From the NCBI GenBank assembly GCA_029856045.1, contig JAHQWG010000016.1, forward strand, positions 160,001-224,000: a stretch of DNA of 64,000 bases, in the 5' to 3' direction. The notes beneath the pieces are model-generated. The model was not told where the DNA came from, ran no database searches, and saw only the letters and a program-made list of their open reading frames with translations. The DNA comes from Promethearchaeia archaeon (GTDB taxonomy: Archaea; Asgardarchaeota; Lokiarchaeia; Sigyniarchaeales; SOKP01). The position numbers and the translations under genes were made by a program. Positions 20,242-31,116 of the stretch are shown in pieces (position 1 is the first letter of the stretch; every line of letters begins with the position of its first letter).

Positions 20242-23001
20242 TTAAGAAACTATTTTTTCTTTAGTTAAAGTATTTTGGTTTTTTGGGTTAATTAAATTTT
20301 CAATTAATTGCTTTAAAAGTTGAAAATCTTGTTCCTTTTTGGAAGAAAATTCAAGATTTTTAAATGATATAAAAAAGGATTTTATTTTTTTGTCTAATTT
20401 AATAAAAATTTTTTTTAGAATTTTATAATTTTCAAGTATTTCCTTTTGATTAACTGATATTTTGGAAAAATAACTCGTTCTGTTTTGAAAATAAAACCCT
20501 TTAAAAATCAGTTTAATTTTTTTAATCTCTTTAATTGAAGCCTTTAATATATTAAAAATTTTTGCATCATCAACTTCTTTTGAAATTTCTGTTTCTTTAA
20601 AGATTAAAGATAATAATAAATTCTCTTTAAATTCTCTACTCCATTTAGATGAGATTTGAAATAATTGATTATAGATATTATATCCTTCTTGAGCAAAAAT
20701 CTTACTTTCAATATTGTTATTAAAAGAAGAAAAGATAATTGACTGAAGTTTATCTGGTAATTTCAAAGTTGAAATTTTCAAGAACAGATTAGGTCCTTTT
20801 GTGCTGTCAAAAATTGACAATAATAATATATAATTTGGAATTTTTTTTTTATCTGTTTCTCCTTTCATCTCAACGTTGATAAGTTCATTTGAATCGATGT
20901 TCTCTATTAATTCTTTAAAATAATATTCATGCGCATTATGAAATTTTTTGCTTTTACTATTAAAGTTTTTTCTTAAATTATTTAATTTTAAAAATACTCT
21001 TTTGGTATATTTTAAAAGGAGATTCGCATCCTCTGCAGAAATTTTTCCTGTAGAATCGGTTATTTCAATAATTTTACTGAGTTTCTTCAATTCTGAATAT
21101 ATAATAAAACTCTTTTGTAATTGATTTTTTTCAATATTCGCTAGAAAATCATTAATATTATAGAATTTGAAATTTAGTCGACATGCTATTTGTTCTAAAA
21201 GCTCCTCAATGATGTTTTTACATTCTAGTCTACAATATTCAAAAGATTTACTCAAATAATATTTTTGAGCACTTTTAATTCGCTCTTTTAAATTTTTAAT
21301 TGTTATTTTCCTTTTCTCATAAAAATTTTTCATATTTTTTTTTTCAGCGTTATTTGAAAACTTATCCTCCGTATCTTTTTTAAACTCAACTAAATTTTTA
21401 TTATTCCTATTAAAGGGTTTCAAAACATCTTTTTTATTATTTCTAAATGACTTTTTAAAATTAATTGATTTGAATTTTAATCTTTGTTTTCTCGAATTTA
21501 ATACTTTTTTCATTGGGTTGATCCTATTTTTCAATAAAATAGAATTACGATTTTCTAGCTTTGATTCTAATTTTCTTTTTTTTTCTGCCATAAAAGGAAT
21601 TTGAAGAACAAATGGGTCTTTAATTGAATTCACTCTTACAATACATTGACCTTCATTCAAATAAGATAAATAATCATAATGATCTTTTGGTAATGACAAT
21701 AATTCTCCTAATATTTCCTTTTCATAATAATTTTTAAAACTTACAACGACACCTGAATTTGCTAAAATCTCTTCACTTATATCAGGTCGAGTTGCAATAC
21801 ATATAAGACATTCACCAGTTCCCCTTTGTAATAAGGCAATATCCTCTAAATATGTACTTAATTTACTTTTTTTAACTATACTTCTTGGTACAAAATATTG
21901 TGCGTCTTCTATAATAGTGATGTGTTTAATCCCTTGATGTTCTCCAGATTCTAAGTTATAATCCCATAAATATTTAAGTATAACATTTAAAAAGAAAAAT
22001 AAATCCTCTTTATCCCCACCAAGACGAATAATCGAACTTAAATCCAAAATACAATCTCTTTGTAAAATTTCTTTTATTGAAATTGATGTATTATTTTCAA
22101 AAACTTTTTTTAAAGGTCCTTCAGAAAACCTTCGAATCCTATTCTTTATACTTATTATCGTTTGTTTTAATTGAGGGATTTGATTTTCATATTTCAGTAA
22201 ATATTCTTCACAAAAGTTATGAAAACTTTGCCAACTTCTTGTATTTTCTTTATAACAAACATTTGTCATGATCTCTACCAAAACTTTTTCCATCTGTGGT
22301 GTGTATTCAACATTAGATTCGAGAAATTGAGAGCTTTTTAAGATCTCAAATATTCTTTCAGCATGAATAGATGGATTTGTAAATTCCGGATTGAAAATAT
22401 TAATTGAAAAATTTTCTCCAGGGGATAAAAGTAAAATATTCTTTAACCTTTTACATAGAAACTTATATTCTCCCTTAAATTCTACTAAAAAAAATGGAAT
22501 ATTTTCTCTTTTTTTAAAATTTATTAAAAAATTTTGTACAAAATTGCTTTTACCTGTTCCCGTAAATCCACAAATAAATATGTGTCTTTCTAAGTCTTTT
22601 TTTGTTAAATAAAAATTAAATTTTTTCCTCCTTTTTCTGACCAACCGACCAATTTTTATTTTACCTTTTTTTGAATCCTTTCTGGCAGGAATCGGTAAAT
22701 CTATAATTTTACTATTAGCTGGATAAAAAGATGACAAAATTAGTAATGTAAATGAAAGAATTATACCAATTAATATAAGAGAAATAAATAAATTTAGCGA
22801 AATTGATTCAGATTTTATATTATTTTGAAATATAAAATAAAGAATTAAAAAAAATATATTGGCTGCATTAAGAATTATTATCGATTTCTTATGGTTGGGC
22901 ATGCTAAATCCTTTTTTTCTTAAAAGGAAAAATAAAAAATTAATGAAAATTAGAAAAAAAAAAAATCCGTAATAAAGTAAATGCCAAAAAATATTAACCA
23001 T
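20242..23001 (-). CDS. Membrane-anchored HerA/VirB4-like (DUF87) ATPase with C-terminal uDENN/longin-like domain
   Basis: Three N-terminal TM helices, HIFICGFTGTGKS, LVEFKGEY, IIEDAQ, ATRPDIS; C-terminal LLSIFDSTKGP...FQISSKWSR...LLLSLIF. Confidence 0.8.
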   Translation of the reverse strand: MVNIFWHLLYYGFFFFLIFINFLFFLLRKKGFSMPNHKKSIIILNAANIFFLILYFIFQNNIKSESISLNLFISLILIGIILSFTLLILSSFYPANSKIIDLPIPARKDSKKGKIKIGRLVRKRRKKFNFYLTKKDLERHIFICGFTGTGKSNFVQNFLINFKKRENIPFFLVEFKGEYKFLCKRLKNILLLSPGENFSINIFNPEFTNPSIHAERIFEILKSSQFLESNVEYTPQMEKVLVEIMTNVCYKENTRSWQSFHNFCEEYLLKYENQIPQLKQTIISIKNRIRRFSEGPLKKVFENNTSISIKEILQRDCILDLSSIIRLGGDKEDLFFFLNVILKYLWDYNLESGEHQGIKHITIIEDAQYFVPRSIVKKSKLSTYLEDIALLQRGTGECLICIATRPDISEEILANSGVVVSFKNYYEKEILGELLSLPKDHYDYLSYLNEGQCIVRVNSIKDPFVLQIPFMAEKKRKLESKLENRNSILLKNRINPMKKVLNSRKQRLKFKSINFKKSFRNNKKDVLKPFNRNNKNLVEFKKDTEDKFSNNAEKKNMKNFYEKRKITIKNLKERIKSAQKYYLSKSFEYCRLECKNIIEELLEQIACRLNFKFYNINDFLANIEKNQLQKSFIIYSELKKLSKIIEITDSTGKISAEDANLLLKYTKRVFLKLNNLRKNFNSKSKKFHNAHEYYFKELIENIDSNELINVEMKGETDKKKIPNYILLLSIFDSTKGPNLFLKISTLKLPDKLQSIIFSSFNNNIESKIFAQEGYNIYNQLFQISSKWSREFKENLLLSLIFKETEISKEVDDAKIFNILKASIKEIKKIKLIFKGFYFQNRTSYFSKISVNQKEILENYKILKKIFIKLDKKIKSFFISFKNLEFSSKKEQDFQLLKQLIENLINPKNQNTLTKEKIVS

Positions 23002-23427
23002 TTCAAGAAAAAATTTGGATATTACATTTAAATACTAAACCATAAATTCTAATATCTTTTAATTTAACCTTGCCTTAGAAAAACTATAATTTTCTATTTT
23101 TATTTCGTCTTTGAACTTTTACAACTGGATTACTAATCATTTAAAATCTTTTTTTTAAAAAGACTTATCTTTTAATTAGTAGAGATGCGTCAGAACTGAT
23201 TCTTCTTTAAGACCAATCCTAAATAGATTAAAGAATGATAAGTTAATGTTAAATCAATCAAAAATTTTGATTAATTACCGCAAAAACATTTTTATAACAT
23301 TGCTTTTATAAAATTTTCTAAATAATCTCACAAACATTTTAAAATCTTTAAAAAAAGGAAATATTTTTATGACATAGAGTTCTATAAATATAAAATATCA
23401 AAATTAATACTTTTAAAGGGAAAAAAA

Positions 23428-25059
23428 ATGGTACAATTCTCAGGAGTTCCAGTAATTGTTTTAAAAGAAGGTACTGAAAGAAAACAGGGAAGAAATGCAC
23501 AGAAGAATAACATAACTGCTTCTATAGCTGTATCTGAAGCAATAAGAACGACATTAGGTCCAAAGGGAATGGATAAAATGTTAGTTGATTCTTTAGGAGA
23601 TGTAACAATCACTAATGATGGGGCTACCATACTCAATGAAATAGATGTTCAGCATCCAGCAGCTAAAATGATGATAGAAATTGCAAAAACTCAAGATTTA
23701 AGAGTCGGAGATGGAACAACAACAAGTGTTATAATAGGAGGATCACTTTTAAAATCAGCACAAGAATTGATTGATCAATCCGTTCATCCAACAATTATTT
23801 TGAGAGGATATAGAAAAGCTCTAATCAAAAGTAAAGATATTTTAAAAGAAATTGCTGAGAAAGTAGATAGTTCCGATAAAAAAATATTAAAACAGGCTGC
23901 AATAACAGCGATGAATAGTAAATCAATAGCGGGGATGAGGGAGCATTTTGCAGAAATTGCTGTGGAATCCATACTCCAAATTACTGATCTTAGAGGAGAT
24001 TTAAAAATAATTGACATAGACCAAATTCAAATAATTAAAAAAGAAGGGGGAAGTCTGTCAGATACTGAATTAATCAATGGATTGATCATTGATAAAGAAA
24101 TAGTACACCCAATGATGCCTAAGATCTTAAAAAATGTAAAAATAGCTCTAATCGATGCTCCTTTAGAAATTGAAAAGACTGAGTTCGATGCTGAAATTAA
24201 AATTCAATCACCAGATCAAATAACTCGTTTTCTTGAGGAAGAAGAAAATATGTTAAAAAGAAAAACTTCTGCAATTATTAATTCAGGAGCAAAGGCAATC
24301 TTTTGTCAAAAAGGAATTGATGATAAAGCTCAGAATCTTTTGGCAAGAGAAAATATAATCGCAATTAGAAGAGTAAAACGTTCAGATATGGAAAAATTAT
24401 CAAGAGCTACAAAAGCTAAGATTATAACCAATCTTGTTGAACTTACTCCCGAAGATCTTGGAACATCTGGATTGGTAGAAGAAAAAAAAGTTGGTACTGA
24501 CAATATGATTTTTGTTTCAGAATGTTCAGATCCAAAAGCTGTAAGCATCTTGATTCGAGGTGGTGTTGAACATGTTGTGGATGAAGCAGAAAGAACATTA
24601 AATGATGCCTTATGCGTTGTAAGAAATATAGTAGATAATCCATATATTTTAGGAGGTGGTGGATCTTCAGAAATAGAATTATCAAAACAATTAAAAGATT
24701 TTGCCACAACTATTGGTGGTCGAGAGCAATTAGCAATAGAAGCATATGCTTATTCTCTAGAGGTTGTTCCAACTACTTTAGCAGAAAATGCAGGATTTGA
24801 TCCAGTTGATTTATTAGTCGAATTAAGGGCGAAACATGATACCCCTGATGGTAAAGCAATAGGTATAAATATTCAAACTGGAAAACCAAGCAATATGATC
24901 CAAGAAGGTGTAATTGAACCTTTAGTGGTTTTAATGCAAGCTATCCAATCTGCGACAGAAGTCTCATCAATGATTTTAAAAATAGATGATGTAATAGCTG
25001 CCTCAGGTGGAATGAAAGCAGGAGCAGGTGGTCCACAAATGCCACCGGATATGGATTAA
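23428..25059 (+). CDS. ths: Thermosome (group II chaperonin) subunit
   Basis: [34 protein letters not shown] and a Gly/Met-rich tail. Confidence 0.98.
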   Translation: MVQFSGVPVIVLKEGTERKQGRNAQKNNITASIAVSEAIRTTLGPKGMDKMLVDSLGDVTITNDGATILNEIDVQHPAAKMMIEIAKTQDLRVGDGTTTSVIIGGSLLKSAQELIDQSVHPTIILRGYRKALIKSKDILKEIAEKVDSSDKKILKQAAITAMNSKSIAGMREHFAEIAVESILQITDLRGDLKIIDIDQIQIIKKEGGSLSDTELINGLIIDKEIVHPMMPKILKNVKIALIDAPLEIEKTEFDAEIKIQSPDQITRFLEEEENMLKRKTSAIINSGAKAIFCQKGIDDKAQNLLARENIIAIRRVKRSDMEKLSRATKAKIITNLVELTPEDLGTSGLVEEKKVGTDNMIFVSECSDPKAVSILIRGGVEHVVDEAERTLNDALCVVRNIVDNPYILGGGGSSEIELSKQLKDFATTIGGREQLAIEAYAYSLEVVPTTLAENAGFDPVDLLVELRAKHDTPDGKAIGINIQTGKPSNMIQEGVIEPLVVLMQAIQSATEVSSMILKIDDVIAASGGMKAGAGGPQMPPDMD

Positions 25060-25115
25060 ATATATTTTTTTAATTTTTTATTTTTTTATAATAAAAATCT
25101 CAACTTTTTTTACAT

Positions 25116-25571
25116 ATGAACAAAATCAAACTCTTTGCATTACATTTTAATGAATGCGACCCCACAAAATGTACTTCAATAAAATTGAAAAAGTTCAATT
25201 TGATAACAGTCTCAAATAAAATTCTGAATAAAATGAAAAATACTATTCTTTTAGACCCCTTTACAGAAAAATTATTATCAGAAAAAGATACTAATTTGGC
25301 GATTAAATATGGAATTACAGTAATTGATTGCTCCTGGAAAAATATTTTAAATATTGCAAATTTAAAATTTAAAAATAAAAGAAAACTACCCCCGCAAATC
25401 GCAACAAATCCGGTAAATTATGGTAAATGGGAGAAATTGAGTTCTGTTGAAGCATTAGCTGCAGCTTTATACATTATGGGATTTAAACCATTCGCAAAAT
25501 TACTTCTCTCGAAATTTTCTTGGGGAACTGAATTTTTGAAATTAAATTTTGAAGGTATAACTAAAAATTAA
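25116..25571 (+). CDS. tsr3: rRNA aminocarboxypropyltransferase Tsr3
   Basis: ECDPTKCTS, IDCSW, ATNPVNYG, LSSVEALAAALYI, FSWG. Confidence 0.93.
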   Translation: MNKIKLFALHFNECDPTKCTSIKLKKFNLITVSNKILNKMKNTILLDPFTEKLLSEKDTNLAIKYGITVIDCSWKNILNIANLKFKNKRKLPPQIATNPVNYGKWEKLSSVEALAAALYIMGFKPFAKLLLSKFSWGTEFLKLNFEGITKN

Positions 25572-25573
25572 GT

Positions 25574-26587
25574 TTATTCGAATTTTGAGCCTGTAATGAT
25601 ATTTATAGAATTTATTAATTGTTCTGTGATATCATTAGTTCCTATTATTTCTAATATCGAAAATATTATGTTTCGTGCTTCCCCCATTGCTGGAATTCCA
25701 CCAAATGTTAAAGGAAATAAAGCAACAAAAGAAATATTTTGCATATTTGATTCTTTTGTAATTTCATTAGAAAACTGTAATGTTCCTGAATGACATGCTA
25801 AAATTCCGTAAAAAGATTCAGAATCTTGACCAGAAATACATATATATGATAAAAGGCGTCCCAAAGCAATATTTTGAGCTTCCTCTAACATTTTTTGGAA
25901 ACCAACATTTGCATTTGCTGAGAAAGCTTCCATTGTTAAGGGTAAAGATTGGTCAGATACATCTCTTGCATCTAAAGTTAAACCAGAAAGATTCACCAAA
26001 CAGTATCTAGAAAAAACCGGATTTTTAATTGAATCTAAAATCTTTCCAATTGCTTGTAACTTCTCTAAGTCCTTGTAATTATCACTATTATATGAAGTAA
26101 AAGAGATTTCTGTTCCCATTGAAAATAAATAAATTGCACTGCGCACTTTATTAGAAAATTCTTCTAAATCCTTTTCTGAATTGGGATATCCGCCAAAAAA
26201 ATTCCCAATTTCTCTTTTTAAGTGATAAGTACTACTTGCAAGATTATCAGGATCTAAAGGCCATTCGCCTTTATAATTATGCACTATAGTTAATAGTGTT
26301 TGATTTATTCTAATTGTAATTAAACAAACTTTTTCAAAAAAAGAAAAGGAAATTATCTGGTCTTTAATTCTCAAATCATTCCAATTTTCTTCACTTGCAG
26401 AAAAAGCTATTGAAGCAAGTCCAGTAATTATATTAGTATCTAAATTAAGGTCACTTTTTCTGCCTATGTGTGCGATTGATAATCCATTTTCATCACACAA
26501 TATTACCATTAAAGTCTCTTTTGAAGATCTTAAAATCGCAGTTAAATATTTAATAAATGACTCCCTAATACTCATTAATATAACCAC
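25574..26587 (-). CDS. Tandem roadblock-like domain protein
   Basis: Two roadblock-like segments: VILCDENGLSIA...GLASIAFSASE and CLVNLSGLTLD...AFSANANVGF. Confidence 0.65.
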   Translation of the reverse strand: MVILMSIRESFIKYLTAILRSSKETLMVILCDENGLSIAHIGRKSDLNLDTNIITGLASIAFSASEENWNDLRIKDQIISFSFFEKVCLITIRINQTLLTIVHNYKGEWPLDPDNLASSTYHLKREIGNFFGGYPNSEKDLEEFSNKVRSAIYLFSMGTEISFTSYNSDNYKDLEKLQAIGKILDSIKNPVFSRYCLVNLSGLTLDARDVSDQSLPLTMEAFSANANVGFQKMLEEAQNIALGRLLSYICISGQDSESFYGILACHSGTLQFSNEITKESNMQNISFVALFPLTFGGIPAMGEARNIIFSILEIIGTNDITEQLINSINIITGSKFE

Positions 26588-26721
26588 ACAAACTATTTCT
26601 CTGTTTTTTTAATTCTCGTGGATTATTTTATTAAAATTATATTGATTTTTATAAAATTTAAAGTTATTTTAATTTCAATAATGCTTTTAGATAAATCTTT
26701 GCAATACTTCTTTCCTTAATT

Positions 26722-26823
26722 TGCAGGGAGGGGGATTTGAACCCCCGTACTCCTATGAGAGTGAATCCTAAGTCCACCGCCTTTAATCAATACTATTTTT
26801 TGACCGGGCTTGGCGATCCCTGC
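26722..26823 (-). tRNA. tRNA-Leu(UAG) with 17-nt D-loop intron (26783-26799)
   Basis: GCAGGGA/TCCCTGC-A, anticodon arm GTGGA-CT-TAG-GA-TTCAC, long variable arm; BHB GGTC-AA|A...GATT-AA|A restores GGTCAAAGGCG. Confidence 0.92.
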
Positions 26824-26999
26824 ATTTTTCAAATTATTATTATCCTCCTATGATATTATATAGAAAATAATTTTTTCATTAAAATATTAATATTATAATA
26901 ATTTTTATTCTATTTTTTTTTATTTAAGAAAAAACCTCATGAATAAATTTTAATTTTATTATTAATATTTCTCAATAAATTAATTTAAAAAAAAAATTT

Positions 27000-27093
27000 G
27001 CTCTCGTAGTGTAGCTCGGCCAAACTTTAAAATTGAGGCTAAGCATGCTAGGCTTTCACCCTGGTGACCCGGGTTCGAATCCCGGCGAGAGCA
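27000..27093 (+). tRNA. tRNA-Glu(UUC) with 19-nt D-arm intron (27024-27042)
   Basis: GCTCTCG/CGAGAGC-A, CTAGG-CT-TTC-AC-CCTGG; BHB GGCC-AA|A...GGCT-AA|G restores GGCCAAGCAT. Confidence 0.92.
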
Positions 27094-27366
27094 TAAAAAT
27101 ATTATTTTTTAATCCTTATTATTTAAAAAAATCGAAAAATATTGCAGCTTTTGGGTACTTACAAATGTTAGTGATATAATTTTGATTTTATCAAAGAACT
27201 ATGGAGATTCTTTATTTAAAGTTATAACTTAATTAAAAAATTATTTTCTATCATTGAATTTTGTACCCAACCCTCTTTTTTCATTTAAATAGTTTCAATT
27301 TATAATTTTTTTAATTCAAGTTATTCAATAAAATAAAATTTGTAAAAATTGACATATTGAAGTAAA

Positions 27367-29799
27367 ATGAGTGAAATTAGCGGAAATATATTTAGAGATA
27401 CTAAAAGTGATAAAAAACGTGAAAAAAAATCAGACACTTTGAAAGAAGTTAGTGATAACTATGTTTCATATGAGGAATTTATGAAAACCGTTAAAAAAAC
27501 GAGAATTTTGCCTTACTCTTATAAAAAGTTTCCACATTTTGATGAAAGATCTCCAGAACAACTAATAGAAGATATAGAAGCAGGTAAAAAGAAAGTTGAG
27601 ATTGAAACTGAGCAGATTTTTGATAGGCACTCTGGTGTTCTTAATGTAGATAAGGCTGAAGAAAGTAACAAACACGTTTCTTATGAGGATTTTTTAAGAA
27701 GGGTTAAAAAAACCAGAGTCACACCTCTCTCTACAGGAAGTTTGCCAAATTTTGAAATGAAACCTCAAGAACAAACCATAAAAGATAGTACTGGTGCTAA
27801 AAAGAAAGTTGAAGATGATAACGAAAATATATTGGTATTTAAATCTAAAAATGATTCAGAAAAAATTGATAAGACCTCAGAAAAAGTAGAAAATAAAACA
27901 AAAAAAGAGCCTATTAAAAATAGTGATGTAAAAGTAAAAGTGGAAAAATCAAAAGTTGAAGAGGAGAAGAGAAAAGAGACTTCAAAATCTTCAGAAGAAA
28001 TTTTAGAAGAAAAGAAAAAATCCAAAGATATTAACCGAGAACAAAAAGAACAAAAAAAAGTTAAGGAAAAGGATAGTAAAGAAAGTGAAAAAAAAAAGGA
28101 AAAAAAATCAAAAAATATAGATACAAAAAATAAGCGAGATATTTCAAGCGAAAAAAACAAAATTAATGAACCCAAGAAAGAGAAGGAGAAAGAGATTGAG
28201 AAAAAGAAAGTGACAAAGGAACATTTAGAAAAGCACAAAGAAATTAAAGATATTACAAGCAATATTAATGATTTAGAAAAAAGACGAAACAACAATAACA
28301 ATTTAATTGATCATAGTAAAAAGAAATTACAAGAGGGAATTTTTAACGGAATTATAACGCGTGAAGGATACGAAAATAAATTAAAAGAATTAACAAAAGA
28401 AAACCAACAAATTGAGAAACAATTAAGAGAATTTAACGATAAATCTTATCACTCTGAAAGATTAAACAATGAAAAATTAAGAGCGAAAAAAGGAGAGGTA
28501 TTAGAAAAGAAAATTACTGAGCTAAAACAAAAACAAAAAAACGAAGAATTGAAAGAACAAGAGCAAATTTCAAAGGAAAAGGCTAAAGAATTAAAAAACT
28601 TACTTTCTAACCAAGAGAAACAAGAGCAAAAAAAGCAAGAATTGAATGGAAGCGAAAACATATCAAATAAAGATAACTCGGATTTTAAAAAGGTAAAAAA
28701 TAATGAAAAAATAGAGAATAAGATGACTTCGGAAACGATTGAAAAAAGGATAGATGTAAATATAAAGCAAGAGGAAAACAAGAAAGAAACCCTTACAGAT
28801 AAGGTTTCAAATGAATTTTTAGAACCAAAGAAAGAATTTGAACAGTCTTATGGATATATTTATAAAGCAACAAACACAGTAAATGGAAAAGTATATATTG
28901 GACAAACTACAAGAAAAAAATGGGAAAAAAGATGGAAAGAACATATAAAAGAGGCTAAAGATAAGAGTTATAGTTCTACACATTTGCTAAATAGTATTAG
29001 AAAATATGGGGAAAAGGCATTTTCTATTAAAAAAATTGATACTGCAAATAATCAAAAAGAATTAGATGGGAAAGAAAAGGATTGGATTAAGAAATATAAT
29101 TCAATGAATCCCAAAAAAGGTCATAATATGAGAGATGGTGGAGAAGGCGGCAAATTACGACCAGAAGTAAAAGAAAAAATAAAAAAATCTATGGAAGAGA
29201 AGTGGAAAGACCCAGAACATCAACGAAAAGTAAGTAAAGAAGTGAGTAAAGCAATGAAAAAGAAGTGGAAACACCCAGAACATCGAGAAACAGTAATCAA
29301 CGGAGTGAGTAAAGGAATGAAAAAGAAGTGGAAAGATAAAAAATATCAAAAAGATCAGAGAAAAGTAAGAGAATCTCCCGAATTTAAAGAAAAACATAGT
29401 ACATCAATGAAAAATAAGTGGAAAGATCCAGAACATCGAGAAAATGTGAGTAAAGGGGTGGAAAAGAGGTGGAAAGATAAAGAATATCAAAAAAAGCAGA
29501 AAAAAGTAAGAGAATCTCCCGAATTTAAAGAAAAGATGCGTAAAGCAGCGGAAAAAAGGTGGAAAGATAAGGAAATATCTAATATAAAAGAGTTTCTAAC
29601 TGATATAAAAAATAAGATCCTAAAGAAGGATTTAGAAAAAAAATATAACATCACTGGTCCAACAATAAACAGTAAAATAAAAGATATATTAGGTTCAAAT
29701 GGTCCAAAAAATTATAGAGAAGCAAAACAATTTCTTAAAGATAGAGATATTGATAACATTTTAAAGATTAAAAAAAACAAAAAACAAAAAACAAAATAA
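27367..29799 (+). CDS. GIY-YIG endonuclease with long Lys/Glu-rich N-terminus and NUMOD3-like repeats
   Basis: YGYIYKATNTVNGKVYIGQT...KRWKEH...KEKDWI...GHNMRDGGEG, followed by KKWKDPEHRE-type repeats. Confidence 0.88.
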   Translation: MSEISGNIFRDTKSDKKREKKSDTLKEVSDNYVSYEEFMKTVKKTRILPYSYKKFPHFDERSPEQLIEDIEAGKKKVEIETEQIFDRHSGVLNVDKAEESNKHVSYEDFLRRVKKTRVTPLSTGSLPNFEMKPQEQTIKDSTGAKKKVEDDNENILVFKSKNDSEKIDKTSEKVENKTKKEPIKNSDVKVKVEKSKVEEEKRKETSKSSEEILEEKKKSKDINREQKEQKKVKEKDSKESEKKKEKKSKNIDTKNKRDISSEKNKINEPKKEKEKEIEKKKVTKEHLEKHKEIKDITSNINDLEKRRNNNNNLIDHSKKKLQEGIFNGIITREGYENKLKELTKENQQIEKQLREFNDKSYHSERLNNEKLRAKKGEVLEKKITELKQKQKNEELKEQEQISKEKAKELKNLLSNQEKQEQKKQELNGSENISNKDNSDFKKVKNNEKIENKMTSETIEKRIDVNIKQEENKKETLTDKVSNEFLEPKKEFEQSYGYIYKATNTVNGKVYIGQTTRKKWEKRWKEHIKEAKDKSYSSTHLLNSIRKYGEKAFSIKKIDTANNQKELDGKEKDWIKKYNSMNPKKGHNMRDGGEGGKLRPEVKEKIKKSMEEKWKDPEHQRKVSKEVSKAMKKKWKHPEHRETVINGVSKGMKKKWKDKKYQKDQRKVRESPEFKEKHSTSMKNKWKDPEHRENVSKGVEKRWKDKEYQKKQKKVRESPEFKEKMRKAAEKRWKDKEISNIKEFLTDIKNKILKKDLEKKYNITGPTINSKIKDILGSNGPKNYREAKQFLKDRDIDNILKIKKNKKQKTK
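29191..29571 (+). repeat. Intragenic imperfect tandem repeats (six WK[D/H] units) in the GIY-YIG gene
   Basis: Recurring (A/G)GTGGAAA...; the block AAAAGTAAGAGAATCTCCCGAATTTAAAGAAAA occurs twice. Confidence 0.85.
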
Positions 29800-29806
29800 A
29801 AAAAAG

Positions 29807-29929
29807 CGCCCCAGACATGGATCGAACATGTGACCGCTCGGTGTCTTTACAATCTGTTTGATTGTTTAACAGCCGAGTGCTTTTAGCACACCATATTTAA
29901 CGGTGCCTACCAAACTGAGCTACTGAGGC
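29807..29929 (-). tRNA. tRNA-Asn(GUU) with two introns (22/23: 29882-29906; 37/38: 29843-29866)
   Basis: GCCTCAG/CTGGGGC-G, CTCGG-CT-GTT-A|A-CCGAG, T-arm ACATG-TTCGATC-CATGT; intron hairpins GCACC/GGTGT and ACAATC/GATTGT. Confidence 0.9.
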
Positions 29930-30047
29930 CTGTATGAAATTATTATTTTTAATGATATCTTAAATATATCTTCAATTTTAAAATTTTATTTTTATATTTT
30001 TAAAGCTCAATTTCTACGTCAAAATAGATGAATAGGTAAGATTTGAA

Positions 30048-30575
30048 TTATTTTTCAAGAGAAGCATAGTAAATCAACCATTTTGCCATTGCTTGAAATG
30101 TTTCATTGATGTTTAATTCCATCTTTGCAGAAGTAAAAACAGATTGATTACATTTGGCTTGTTCAGAGTATTTTTGAGCAGTTTCAATATCAATTTCATG
30201 ATTAGGTAGATCCCATTTCATTCCTAATAAAATAATTGGAATAAAACCAGCAACTTTTCTAATGATTGTTAACCATTCAGGTAGCTGTCTAAATGTATCA
30301 TAATCAGTGATATCAAAACAAATAAAAGCACCACTTGTTCCCTTGCAATAATCAGGTAAAATGGTTCTAAACCTTTCTTCTCCTGCAAAATCCCAGAGCT
30401 GCATTTTACATTTTTCACCTGTATCTAATTTCTCTTCCTTAGTATAAAATGCAGCTCCGATTGTCATCTTATGATCTTCAATAAATTTTCCGGTACAATA
30501 TCTTGTAACCAGTGCTGTTTTTCCCACACCACCAGCACCAGCTACTATTACTTTAAATATCCACGAACTTGACAT
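30048..30575 (-). CDS. Rab-like small GTPase
   Basis: GAGGVGKT, TIGAAF, QLWDFAGEERFR, MKWD, TSAK; no C-terminal prenylation Cys. Confidence 0.92.
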   Translation of the reverse strand: MSSSWIFKVIVAGAGGVGKTALVTRYCTGKFIEDHKMTIGAAFYTKEEKLDTGEKCKMQLWDFAGEERFRTILPDYCKGTSGAFICFDITDYDTFRQLPEWLTIIRKVAGFIPIILLGMKWDLPNHEIDIETAQKYSEQAKCNQSVFTSAKMELNINETFQAMAKWLIYYASLEK

Positions 30576-30753
30576 TTGATATCACTTTTATCAATTTTTT
30601 CTATAAATTTAAAAAAATTCTACTTATTTTATTTTATTTATTTTTGCCTAACATCATATAAATAGATCCTTAATTTGGAGTGAAAGATTTTTATAAGATT
30701 TAATTCTAATAATAATTATATTTTAAAAGTACCTTTTTAAAAAAAGTAAGGTA

Positions 30754-31116
30754 GTGTATAGAACAATACCTAATGACCAAAATATCTGTCCAAAATGCTC
30801 TTTTCCTAAGGATTTATGTATTTGTGAATCGTTAGGTCAAGAGGAACAACGTGTTGATATTTATACTGAAAGAAGGAAATGGGGTCGAGAAGTTACTGTT
30901 GTTTCTTTTCTAGGAAATATTGATATAAATTTAAATGATTTCTCAAAAAAGGCAAAAAAATTTTGCGCTTCTGGTGGAACAGTAAAAAACAATACAATCG
31001 AGCTCCAAGGTGATCATCGACTTAAAATAAAAAAATTTTTAATAGATAATGGTTTTCCAGAAGAAAATATAGAAATTCGGAATGTTGCCAAAAAAAAATA
31101 TAAAAAACGATACTAG
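30754..31116 (+). CDS. sui1: Translation initiation factor SUI1/aIF1
   Basis: CPKC...LCICE, RKWGREVT, CASGGTVKNNTIELQGDHR. Confidence 0.95.
   Translation: MYRTIPNDQNICPKCSFPKDLCICESLGQEEQRVDIYTERRKWGREVTVVSFLGNIDINLNDFSKKAKKFCASGGTVKNNTIELQGDHRLKIKKFLIDNGFPEENIEIRNVAKKKYKKRY

Noticed and set aside
27151-27270. 8-bp inverted repeat TTGGGTAC/GTACCCAA upstream of the GIY-YIG gene
   Set aside because: Too short, no target-site duplication, and no counterpart at the other end of the gene.
29191-29571. Repeats considered as a CRISPR array
   Set aside because: They are in-frame, degenerate protein repeats without unique spacers; no cas genes are present.
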